NCBI GenBank assembly: GCA_964016885.1
Contig: OZ024742.1
Span: 236,964,001-237,028,000 of the forward strand
Direction: 5' to 3'
Origin: Eledone cirrhosa
Taxonomy: Eukaryota
DNA: 64,000 nucleotides
This document shows, piece after piece, positions 52,750-64,000 of this stretch. The notes beneath the pieces are model-generated. The model made no database searches. It worked only from the letters and a program-made list of their open reading frames with translations, and had not been told where the DNA came from. The position numbers and the translations under genes were made by a program. Numbering within the stretch: the first letter of the stretch is position 1; each line of letters begins with the position of its first letter.

Positions 52750-54462
52750 ATCTTGACGGGGGCAGTCGTCAACAACAAATGGTGGTTTACCCTGAAAAGG
52801 GCGATTAGAATAGAATCCATTAGATTTAGTAAGGCGTTAGCAATAGAGAAAAAATAGAGCAGAGGGAGAACTAAGTAGAAAACTAGACTAGCCCCTTACT
52901 AAAGGCATCGCGACCGACGTGCTTGCAGCGAGATTGGCCATCGACCAATTCTTCAACGCAAAGCACGAAGGCTGCGTTGACAGAACTAGAGCGCGTGCTC
53001 TCAAACACGAGGGGACGAAAGCCGTTCGATGGGACCGAGTGGCAGAGGCGCGTCGTGGCAACAAAGCCACGAGCCGGTCTTTGGAGGACCACGACAGGCA
53101 CATGTTACTCGATCGCGAGCAAATGTGTGTGGCCTTTTAGCGTACATCACGTCCGTCATCTACAACCGCCTGAACGCCGTGTCTTGTTCTAAGCCTCGCC
53201 TGACTGCGCTGGAGCGTTTGCTCTTTCGATTTTTGTGGAAAGGACGCGCTCTGATAGTCTGGTGGTCCATCTGCTGTCAACACCAGCTACGTAGAGAGCT
53301 GGGCATACCGTAGCTGATGATGCGCAGACATGCGCTCAGGCTACGGCATCTCCACCTCTTCCTCGACGGTGAACAGGTGTGGACACCGTTTTCTAGACGC
53401 GTATTTCCCCAGCTTGTCTCGTTGACGGAGCTGCAGTCCTGGATCAAACAAAGACGGATGGAAAGCGTTTGTAGACTAGAATGTCTTAAGGTGCTCACAG
53501 TCCTCGACCAGTCGGGTGATACGATCGGTGGAAACTCCACCTTGGCGTTCTATAGAAGGTTAGTGGAGGGAAAGAATGACGTTGTCCTTGGGGAGACTCT
53601 TGGCGTCGACGAAAATCAACTATCCAATCTATTCGGGAGAACTTTCGGGCCGGGGCCAATGGACAACTTCCAGAAATCCCTGGCCTAGCAGTGCTACCGG
53701 GGAGCTTTGCCAGTTTGGCATAAACTCTACAGGCATGGAAGTACCGTCATCCGAGCCTGTTCGAGATGCGCGCACGACGGCGAAACCGTCCTGCACGCAC
53801 TCGTCCAGTGTCCGAGCATCGCTGACTTATGGGTTCATGTCGAACACATGGTGTCGCGTGTAGGACGGATCCGGCTATCAGCTGAGTCCATCATCAAGAT
53901 TGCCACGTCGCTCTCCTTTAACCAGGAGGGGTAGGTTGTTTTTATCTACCTGGTGGCCATGGTAAAAGATGTCGTATCGTCGACGTGTCTGAAAGGGTTT
54001 AAGACGACCACTTTCCTCTTCGGTGATGCCCTCATTAACATTTTCAGGTTTCACCTGAAAAGGAAAATCAGGGAAGTGCCACCTTCCAGTCAATTTGTTG
54101 AAAGGTGGGTGAGAGAGGCAATAATGGCCCGTGTGAATGGGCCTGCCCTGAGCATGTGCCGGTAGTTTCGTATGAGGAAAACTATAAGAGGGCGCTTGCA
54201 CTAGCGGTCAGGGGGCCGTGGGTTTTTTGTGGGCTTTTTCTACGAGTGACCCTCGGAAGTTTCCTCCCTATTGGGGAATTTTTCCTGTTTCATTTTTTTG
54301 TTACATCCTTTGTTTTGATTTTTTTATATATATATAATTTTGTTTTCTTTTTTTTTACGCAGAAATGCCCATTTGTACTATCCTGTACTGTATTGTACTG
54401 TCCTGTGCTGCCCTTAATGTTATACTTTATGTCAACTCTTGTGGTTAATCAAGAAAGCATTA
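52750..54462 (+). mobile_element. Tx1/L1-like LINE, internally deleted
   Basis: Homologous to 18281-21130, with the RT core deleted near 53140; ends in (ATT)n. Confidence 0.85.
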
Positions 54463-54469
54463 TTATTAC

Positions 54470-57400
54470 AGTTGCATTTATCTTGCTTTATGTTCATACG
54501 AGTTATCACCAAGTCACAACCAGTGACCTCAAGAGACAACAAGGTCCGCCATGTTCAAGAAAGAACATACATACTCACACATGCATCTTTAGTGTTTAGA
54601 CTTGTGATGTACTTATATTGACAGAATCTTCCTTAGTATATGGGCAGTTCCCATTAGTACTATCTTTTGTATTTCTCCTATACGCGGGTTTCCTGGGATT
54701 TGCGATAAGTAATCATTAGACCCCTTAGGTATCATTCCCAGAGCGCCTACAACCACTGGTATTGTTTTAGTTCTCAATTTCCACATTTTTTCAATTTCTA
54801 TCTCCAGGTCCTTATACTTGCTCAATTTTTCAAATGTTTTTATAGATACATTCTTGTCTATTGGAACAGACATATCAATTAGCAGGAATACCCTCTTTTT
54901 AAAGTCCTTCAATATTATATCAGGTCTATTTGCATCTATTTTCCGGTCTGTTTGGATGCTAAAGTTCCACAAGATTGAGATGTGATCTTTTTCAAGTATG
55001 GGAGGTGGTTGATGCTCCCACCAATTCTTTTGATGGGGCAGGTCAAAAGGCTTACACATTATCCAATGTATGTATTGTGCAGCTCTGTCGTGCCTGTTTA
55101 GGTATTCGGTTGGAGCTATAGGAATGCACATTGAAATTATATGGTCAATGGTCTCTGGTTGTTTTTTGCATACACGGCATAATGGGCTGCATCCATTTTT
55201 TATTATGTTGGCTTGGTAATTTTTTGTTGGCAGACACTGATCTTGTGCTGATATAATCAGTCCTTCAGTCTCCGATTTCAGTCCAGAGGATGCCAACCAC
55301 TGGTGGGTTGAAGTTTTGTCAACATCAGGATTATTAGCTCGATCTGGATATTTTCCATACAGAGGCTTTTCTTGCCATTTATTAGCCAGTTTCTGTAGCA
55401 GTTCTTTCTTTGCAGTTACTTTTACCTGCTTTGCTTTTTCTGTGTTTTCCATTTCAGCAGTAAATGGGACTTCTGAAATGTGTAGTCCATTACTGTATCT
55501 TTGTGCATCTTTTGTAATGGAATATGATCTTTTGATGCTTTCGTGTTTCAAAACGAGTTTGATCATCCAATCATGTGATTCCCTTAGATATGTAGATAAT
55601 CCAATTGTTGCAGTTTTCAACGCAATGTCTAACTGGATTAACCCACGTCCTCCTTCTTTCCTAGGGAGATATATTCTATCTATATCTGCCTTAGGGTGAT
55701 GCATTCTGTGCATGGTTAAGAATTTTCGAATTTTTGTATCGAGCCTACGGATCTCTGTGCTTGACCAGTTGATGACATTGTAACTGTAGGTTACTACTGG
55801 TATGGCAAGCGTGTTTATGGCATCGATCCTATTCCTTGCATTCAATTCCTTTCTTAAGATTGCTCTTACTCTGCGGTAACATTCCTTCCTTATCCTTTCC
55901 CTCATTGTTGAGTGCTTGATTCTCCTTCACAAACACCTAGATATTTGTAAGTTTTTTCTTGATCAAGTTCTCTTATCACGTTCCCCCGATCAAGATTAAT
56001 GTCTGAACTCTTCAGCAGCTTTCCTCTGGTGAACGTTGCTTTGGCGCATTTATCTAGTCCAAACTCCATTTTAATGCCATCACTGAACTGCTCCACAGTG
56101 GATAATAGCCCTTGCAATTGTTCATCATTTTTTGCAAATAGTTTCAGGTCATCCATGTAGAACAAGTGATTAATGGTTTTGTCATAGACTTTATATCCAT
56201 GTTTTGTTTCATTGAGCATTTTACTTAATGGTATAAGTGCGATGCAGAATAAAAGCGGTGATAAAGAGTCACCCTGAAAAATTCCACAATTAATATTAAC
56301 TTCACCAGCTTCCAGTGATTTTGTTTCACTATTCAAAAGGAGTGTCGTTTTCCATGTCTTCATACTGAATGACAAAAACCTCCTGACAACGGGGGATATT
56401 TTCAAAATCTCTAAACATTTTTCAATCCAACTGTGTGGCAAACTATCGAATGCTTTTTTATAATCTATCCAAGCAATCGATGGTTTTTTGTGTCTATTAT
56501 GACAATCTTCCAGTATCATTTTGTTAACCAGAAGCTGATCCTTACAGCCATATGAGCCTCGTTCACACCCTTTCTGCTCAATGGGAAATAGGTCATTTGT
56601 TATCAGGTGGTCATATGTGTATTCAGTTAGGACTGATGTTAAAATTTTATACATTGTGGTCAAGCAAGTTATCGGTCTGTAATGTTTGGGATTGTTTGTC
56701 TCATCATTCTTCGGAAGCAGGAATGTAATGCCGTTAACTAACCATGATGGTATCTTTTCTGGCTCCTTAACTATTTCATTGTAAAGTTGGGCTAACAGCT
56801 CATGAGACTCTGTGAAGGCATTTATCCAAAAGTTTTGTATTTTGTCTTTTCCTGGGGATTTCCATTTGCTGGTTTTTCTTAGAGCCAAGCGCAACTGTTC
56901 AACTGTTATATTTTCCCATATTTGTTCCTCAAGGTGAGCTGTATCTTTCATTTGTCTGTCTATCCATGGGGCATGTATGTTATGAACTTTTTCTTCGGCC
57001 CAGATCTTTTCCCAGAATTCTTGCACTTCCTCCTTGGGTGGTATTGATTTAGCAGTTATTGTTGACTTACCAATTTTTCTGTAGAAGTTTCTTTGGTTGT
57101 TTTTGAACATATTATTGTTCTTATAGAATCTAGATCGTTTTTCAAAGCGCCTTATACGAGCAGCTTTGGCCGACACTTTTTGCTTGATTATTTCTAACAG
57201 CATGTCTATGTCACTTGTTGATTTTATACTGTACTTTTTTTTTCAATTTTCTAAGTTTAGTTTGTTTAACATGTTCACCTACTTTATAGTTTGTTAAAAT
57301 TTCTATGTCAGATCGGAGAAGGTTTATTTGGCGATTGATGTTCTCTTTCCAAGTAGATTTCTTGTGGGAATTCCTTTGTTTTTTCATATTCACTCCACAT

Positions 57401-58420
57401 AAGTGAGTGGTGACTTTAGCCGATGTATAATAGAGATGATTTAAATCAGTAATGTTTAGTTTGTTTGTGATGATAATGTTTTTGAGAATTATGTTAGTCT
57501 TGTGTATTATCTTTTGGTTCTGTTTGGAGTTCTGGATCTTAGGGAGGGTGTCTCGTTTCCCCATGTCAGATTCATTCATTTTCATCCATTCGATCATAAT
57601 TTCATCCTTCAAGTTGGCAAGTTCATTCTCATTCATTTCTTTATCATTTACGATCTCATTATTTTCATTTGGAGTTTCATCTTGAGCATGCACTCCCTCC
57701 ACTTTTTCGATCCTTTCTTTAATTTGTTCTGTTGCCAGTGATTCCGCCCCAACCCTGGGATTCGAAGTGTTACAATTTACCTCGTTTTCACTGACACATG
57801 TTTCATTTTCCCTTCGTTGACTTTGTGCTAATAGCTTGATCTGATCAATTTCTATATCAGTTAGTAACTTTTTTCTTACAATATTTCTTCATATATTGGC
57901 TAGTTTGTTGCTGTCAATATAGCCTCTGTTTTCGGGATGTTTCTTTTTCCAGTTGATATATGTCTGTTCTGTATTCGATGTATTTGATGGGTAGTACATA
58001 GCAGTGTAGAAAGCCTCAAGGACTTCTTTATTATCTTCCCTTGACCATTTTTCTCTCTTTTTCTTTGGATTTATTGGTGGTGAGCAAGGAGGGCCAACAA
58101 TAGGAGTATTCCGGTTATGGGAGGTCTCCAGCTCCGAAGTGATGGGAAGGTTTGAACCATTAGCTGATTTTTCGACCCCAGTCTGGTTCCTCTCTGAGGG
58201 ACGCGGCCCTTTTTTACCCGGGTGACGGCCGATCCGGTATGAGATTTTATCATTAGACATTTACTTTATTTTGTCGCGTTTTATCCTTATCCGCCAAGGG
58301 GTAATCATTTCGTGTTACCACTTCTAGAACGAGTGTCAACCAAGACTAGAGGGGTCGTTCTCCCCTAGAGACACGGCTATTCCCCGCCGGCCGCCATCCC
58401 GGTATTTCTTGGTCACGGGG
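54470..58420 (-). mobile_element. R4/Dong-like RLE retrotransposon, full length, few frameshifts
   Basis: N-terminal REKWSREDNKEV (Myb-like). RT motifs YRPITCL, DYKKAFDS, GIFQGDSLSPLLF, YMDDLKL. Then CRVC..H..C, RHD, RPDII..IDMSVP, KYKDL, PVVVGALG. 3' end runs into TAATAATAA. Confidence 0.9.
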
Positions 58421-59047
58421 TTTTCTTTTTGTTGTTTTTTTTTAAATTGTTATTATCATGAGTGGTTCCTTAATGTGAGCATTGCGTGGCTTAAGAATGA
58501 AATTATTAATAATTGTCTCCACTCCAGGCACAAGGCCAGCAATCACCCAGTGCATTACAATAATATAATATACTTTTTGCTGAAGTTGCCTGTTATTGTT
58601 GTTGGCTATGTCGGTGGTGGTGCTGGGGATTTTTATATTGTTGGTGAGGAAGGGGTGAGCCAGCAGTGCCATAGTTGTTGATGTTGACGTTTGGCCGGTG
58701 GCCAGGTCACTAAGTCAATCTATTTATATCTTTTGCTAGCCTCTCCCTTGTCTAGTGATACCGCCACCTTCCCCTTTCTCTCTCAAGTTAACAGGGGAAT
58801 AGTGGTGGTAGCAATGAAGGAGTGGTGGCGGCGGTGATGGGATAGTGGTAGCAATGATGGATGGAGTGGTGGCGGCGGTGGCGTTGTCGTTACTGAGTTT
58901 TGTGATATGTAGTATCTATGAGTGTGTGTCGCGTATGTTTAATATATATTGTGTTGACATATTCCCGTCAAATTGGAATTAAAGATTTTGTTAAAACTTG
59001 AGACAATAATAATAGTAATTATTATTATTATTATTATTATTATTATT

Positions 59048-60283
59048 GTTCTTTGAGTCTCAGTCATTGATGTTAGTTAACTGGAAAGTTTGTTGAAATG
59101 AATATCAAGCCACTACCTGCAGCCTCAGATATTCAGGACGTATCGGAGGGTTCTTGCTGTTCCCAGCAAGCATGCCTTTTGAAGTGTTCCAAAAAGCGGG
59201 GCTGGTCCAATTTTATTTAACTATCCCTGGAAACTTTTTGAGATGGTACCTAGTGCGCCTATGACAATCGGGATTACTTTGACTTCATGGCAGTTCCAAA
59301 TCCTTTTTGCCTCCCACTTTAAGTCCTGGTATCGGTTAATTTTCTCCCTCTGCTTCTCTTGCACTCTCGTGTCGAATGAACAGGCCACATCCACAATCAG
59401 GCACGATATTTTTTCCTTGTCCAAAACCACCAGGTCAGGTCTATTGCGTTCCAGTTTCTTGTCCGTTTGTATCCTAAAATCCCACAGCACCTTCACCTGA
59501 TCGTTTTCTATCACCGACTCTGGCTTATGCTCATACCACTTCTCAGAAGGTGGTAAATTGTTTACTTTGCATAGGTGCCAGTGGATCACCCTGCCCATTA
59601 CATCATGTCTCCAGCCTTTACAGTGAGTCTGGGATAGGTGTTTACACTCGGATACAATGTGAGCCACAGTCTCCTCTCTCTCTCCACAGATCCTGCACAG
59701 TGGGCTAGCCTCCTCCTTGTAAATATGGTGTTTCAACCACTTCGTTTTGAGGGCTGCTCTTGCGCAGCCATTAGTATTCCTTCTGTAGGCTTTTTAAGGT
59801 CTCCTCTTTTCAACCAGTTCCATGTCTGTGGATCTCTGAATTCAGTTTTCTCAAAGAAGGTACTATGAAGGGATTTTTCATGAAGGCTGCTCTTCCTCCT
59901 TGTTGTTATTTCCTCCTTGGACATCCCCTGGTCTATTGTCCTCTCCTTCAGTACAATTCTGAGCATTGGCTCCTTACTATCAGTCACGTATTTGTGTAGG
60001 TTGTTTTTCTCCATCTGAACACAGTCCTCTATGCTGATAAGACCTCTTCCACCTTCAGATCTCCTTAAGTAGAGTCTATCGACATCACTCCTCTTGTTGA
60101 ACATGTTGTAGATAGTCAATAGCTTCCTAGTCTTCCTATCCATTTCTTTTTGTTCAGCAACATTCCATCTCAAGATTCCCGCACTGTACGTAATAATAGA
60201 CACAGCTCGGGAATTTACTGCACTTATGCCATTCCTACTGTTCAGATGTGACTTTAATACGCTCCTTACTCTCCGAATGTATT
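59048..60283 (-). mobile_element. R4-like element (second family), 3' fragment between (TAA)n tracts
   Basis: RLYLRRSEGGRGL, AAQEQ, CRIC..H..C, RHD, RPDLV, IPIVIGALG. Confidence 0.88.
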
Positions 60284-60299
60284 ATTATTATTATTATTA

Positions 60300-61080
60300 A
60301 TGTTCTTTGAGTCTCAGTCATTGATGTTAGTTAATTGGAAAGTTTGTTGAAATGAATATCAAGCCACTACCTGCAGCCTCAGATATTCAGGACGTATCGG
60401 AGGGTTCTTGCTGTTCCCAGCAAGCATGCCTTTTGAAGCGTTCCAAAAAGCGTGGCGGGGCCAATTTTCTTTAACGATCCCTGGAAACTCCTTGAGATAG
60501 TATCTAGTGCGCCTATGACAATCGGGACCACTTTGACTTCATGGCAGTTCCAAATCCTTTTTACTTCCCACTTTAAGTCCTGGTATCGGTTAATTTTCTC
60601 TCTCTCCTTCTCTTGCACTCTCGTGTCGAATGGGCAGGCTACATCCACAATCAGGCACGATCTTTTTTCCTTATCCAAAACCACCAGGTCAGGTCTATTG
60701 TGTTCCAGTTTCTTGTCCGTCTGTATCCTAAAATCCCACAACACCTTCACCTGATCGTTTTCTATCACCGACTCTGGCTTATGCTCATACCACTTCTCAG
60801 AATGTGGTAAATTGTTTACTTTGCATAGGTGCCAGTGGATCACCCTGCCCATTACATCATGTCTCCAGCCCTTATAGTGAGTCTGGGCTAGGTGTTTACA
60901 CTCGGATACAATGTGAGCCACAGTCTCCGCTCTCTCTCTCCACAGATCCTGCACAGTGGGCTAGCCTCCTCCTTGTAAATATGGTGTTTCAACCACTTCG
61001 TTTTGAGGGCCTGCTCTTGCGCAGCCATTAGCATTCCTTCTGTAGCCTTTTTAAGGTCTCCTCTTTTCAACCAGTTCCAA
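60300..61080 (-). mobile_element. Tandem second copy of the same R4-like 3' fragment
   Basis: Highly similar to 59048-59820. Confidence 0.88.
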
Positions 61081-61475
61081 CAACAACAACAGCAGCAGCA
61101 ATGACAACACCAGTGGCAGCAGCAGCAGCAGTAGCGGCAACAATGGTAGCAGCAGTGGTAACAACAGCTTCAGGCGCAATGAAACCGACAGCAACACACA
61201 CACCCGGATATAACGTATGTGCAACCCAAGTTCTCAGGACACAGCACTCAAAAACAAGATGGTGTAGGACAGAGCAAATGAGGGACACAAAATAATAAAT
61301 TAGTCACTGAGGAGGTCAAACAATGTGTAACGAAAGAGCCTTGGTAATAAACAAATAAACAACCATCCGGTTATTAAAGCAACCCACTGGAAAATTGTAA
61401 TAAATGGAAGTGACAGCCAACAGGTGCATGTGTTTTGATTGACAGCCTGACCCTCCCAAAGTATAACAATATATA

Positions 61476-61589
<114 letters not shown>

Positions 61590-61732
61590 ACGAATGAATT
61601 GTGGTAAGGAACCAGATGGACCATAACGCACCAGAGTAGTCAATACTTAGGGTAGTAGAGTGGGAAATAGGAAAAAGTATGACCCCGACGGCAGAGCTCA
61701 AGCCATTTCGACGGCTGTTTCTATATATATAT

Positions 61733-61930
61733 ATATGAAAGTATTCAGGACTCCGACGTCTGAGCTCCAGCCGTTTCGATAGCTAGATCCGGATCTAGCA
61801 GTCGAAACGGCCGGAGCTCAGCCGTCGGGGTCCTGAATACTTTCATATTACCCACTCTAGCACTCCAAGTATCGAGTGATCTGATGCGTTATGGTCCACC
61901 TGGTATCTTACCACACCGTCTTTATTATTT
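61733..61930 (+). mobile_element. Family W fold-back cassette (58-bp arms, no spacer) plus tail
   Basis: 61733-61790 is the imperfect reverse complement of 61791-61848. Confidence 0.75.
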
Positions 61931-61970
61931 ATATATATATACACACACACGCATACACACGCACGCACAC

Positions 61971-62081
<111 letters not shown>

Positions 62082-62528
62082 AGGAGTCTTAATTATGTTA
62101 ACCTTCTTGTTACTATTAATCTAATATTCCAAAAAGCTATCAAAGAAATTTGGTTGATGTCTTTGGTATAAATACATTCTTTATTAACTTCCATATTTGA
62201 TCAGATCAGAAATACAATAATCACGTCTTAAAGCTATCAAAGAACAATTCAGTGAAGTCTTTGGTATAAGTATGTTCTTTATTGGCTTCCATATTTGATG
62301 AGACAAGAAATATAGTAATGACGCTTTATTGACATATCAATGAAACCGCCTGAATAGAATATTTCATATTCTATGAATAGAATATTTCATATTTCTTATA
62401 GTTTCAATAGCATCTCTTTGATCCCCATTGAACGACGTGTAGAAGTAAATTGAAATAAGTAGATTTCGTATTTTTATTGGTGATTCACTACGTGTGTGTA
62501 CATATATATATATACATACAGATATGAA

Positions 62529-62560
<32 letters not shown>

Positions 62561-62592
62561 CATACATATAAGTATATATATATATATATATA

Positions 62593-63934
62593 TATTGTTA
62601 TACTTGGGGAGGGTCATATTTGTGTAATAATATTGCCAGAATTAATAACAGAACACACTCACTGTTTGGTTGGTTTTCGCTTCTGTGTCTTTTATATCGG
62701 TTAATTTAGTTTATTCGGGCCTCGATGTTACCATTGGCTGACCAACGGTAAAAAATACAGATACAATATAGACACAGACACATATATATAGTTTAACCAA
62801 GTTCTTTCGTTGCACATCTGCAACATCGTCAGTGGTGCTATTAAGTTTCCTCCCGTTGTATTGTATGCCTACGCCATCTTTATTTAGTCTATTTATTTAT
62901 TTATTTATTTATGTGTTTGTCTTCTCTGCTCATGCGTTTGCGTGTGTGTATAGTGTTTTGTTTGATGTGTGTTCGTGTTTGGGTGACTGTGTATTGGTTA
63001 TTGTATTCTATCTTAGTTTACTAGTGTGTGTTTATATGTGTTTGTTGTTATTGTGCTTGTGTATTTATTTATTTATTTATTTATACTTCTCTTAGGTCAG
63101 TTTTGTTTGTTTGGGGAACAAAAAGGACGAAAAACGGTTCAGTACTATACGAACATGCCAGACAACAACACGACGGTAACATAGACAACATAGAAATTAG
63201 AATAATATCTAAACATAGAAATGACCCAGCAGATAGGCAAATCAGAGAGGCCAGCGAAATAGAACTTAGAAGGTCAAGGCTAAACAGAAAAAAATGAATG
63301 GAATAACAACAACACCCAAACAAACAACACTGACCTAAGAGAAGTATTAATAAAGAAATAAATACATACACAAGCACAATAACAACAAACACATATAAAC
63401 ACACACTAGTAAACTAAGATAGAATACAATAACCAATACACAGTCACCCAAACACGAACACACATCAAACAAAACACTATACACACACGCAAACGCATGC
63501 GCAGAGAAGACAAAAAAAATAAATAAATAAATAAACAGACTAAATAATGATGGCGTAGGCATACAATACAACGGGAGGAAACATATTAGCGCCACTGACG
63601 ATATTGCAGATGTGCAACGAAAGAACTTTGTTAGACTATATATATGTGTTTGTGTCTATATTGTATCTGTATTTTTTACCGTTGGTCAGTGAATGGTAAC
63701 ATTGAGGACCGAATAAATTAAATTAACCGATATAAAAGACACAGAAGCGAAAACCAACCAAACAGTGAGTGTGTTCTGTTATTAATTCTGGCAATATTAT
63801 TACACAAATATGACCCTCCCCAAGTATAACAATACGTCTCATTCTACATTTCCTCTTACATCTCTCTCTTCACCACCGGATTCTGTTACCCGGAGATTTA
63901 CCCATCTGCATTGTTGAGGCTTCCAAAAACACCA

Positions 63935-63940
<6 letters not shown>
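62593..63940 (+). mobile_element. 5'-truncated Penelope-like element: inverted pLTR + GIY-YIG C-terminus + pLTR + tail
   Basis: Arms 62593-~63115 / ~63314-63834 enclose GSVLYEHARQQHDG..IRIISKHRNDPADRQIREASEI..LNRKK*. Confidence 0.88.
62796..62836 (-). ncRNA. Type I hammerhead fold (mirror copy 63591-63632 on +), each copy slightly degenerate
   Basis: ACCA-CTGACGA-T-GTTGCA-GATG-TGCAAC-GAAA-GAAC-T(T)-TGGT. Confidence 0.7.
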
Positions 63941-63986
<46 letters not shown>

Positions 63987-64000
63987 ATGTGTGTGTACAT

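Overview
Eukaryotic, repeat-saturated DNA with no identifiable host gene. The microsatellite density and tRNA-derived SINEs resemble an octopus or other cephalopod genome; this is inferred, not proven. Most ORF-track entries are microsatellite artefacts. The window is a nest of retroelements sitting in simple repeats: (i) one apparently intact CR1/L2-group LINE (CCCH-finger ORF1; 1006-codon APE+RT ORF2 with no ATG start) plus a decayed relative, both in (TA)n; (ii) Tx1/L1-like and R4/Dong-like elements that share (TAA)n tracts in opposite orientations; (iii) RTE and CRE fragments; (iv) four Penelope-like (GIY-YIG) coding fragments; (v) many SINE copies. The most notable hidden layer is about 20 type I hammerhead-ribozyme folds on both strands. 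They sit in short non-coding Penelope-LTR-like cassettes of several families inserted in (TA)n, mostly as fold-back palindromes with one shared junction geometry. Several carry non-canonical cores (U3-A8 'TTGAAAA'; 'GCAA' for GAAA; a ~100-nt stem II). Further candidates are HDV-like folds at the 5' ends of the R4 and RTE-related elements, -1 frameshift signals in the LINE ORF1/ORF2 overlap, and a tRNA-like cloverleaf clamped by complementary flanks. All folds were read by eye; element boundaries are approximate.
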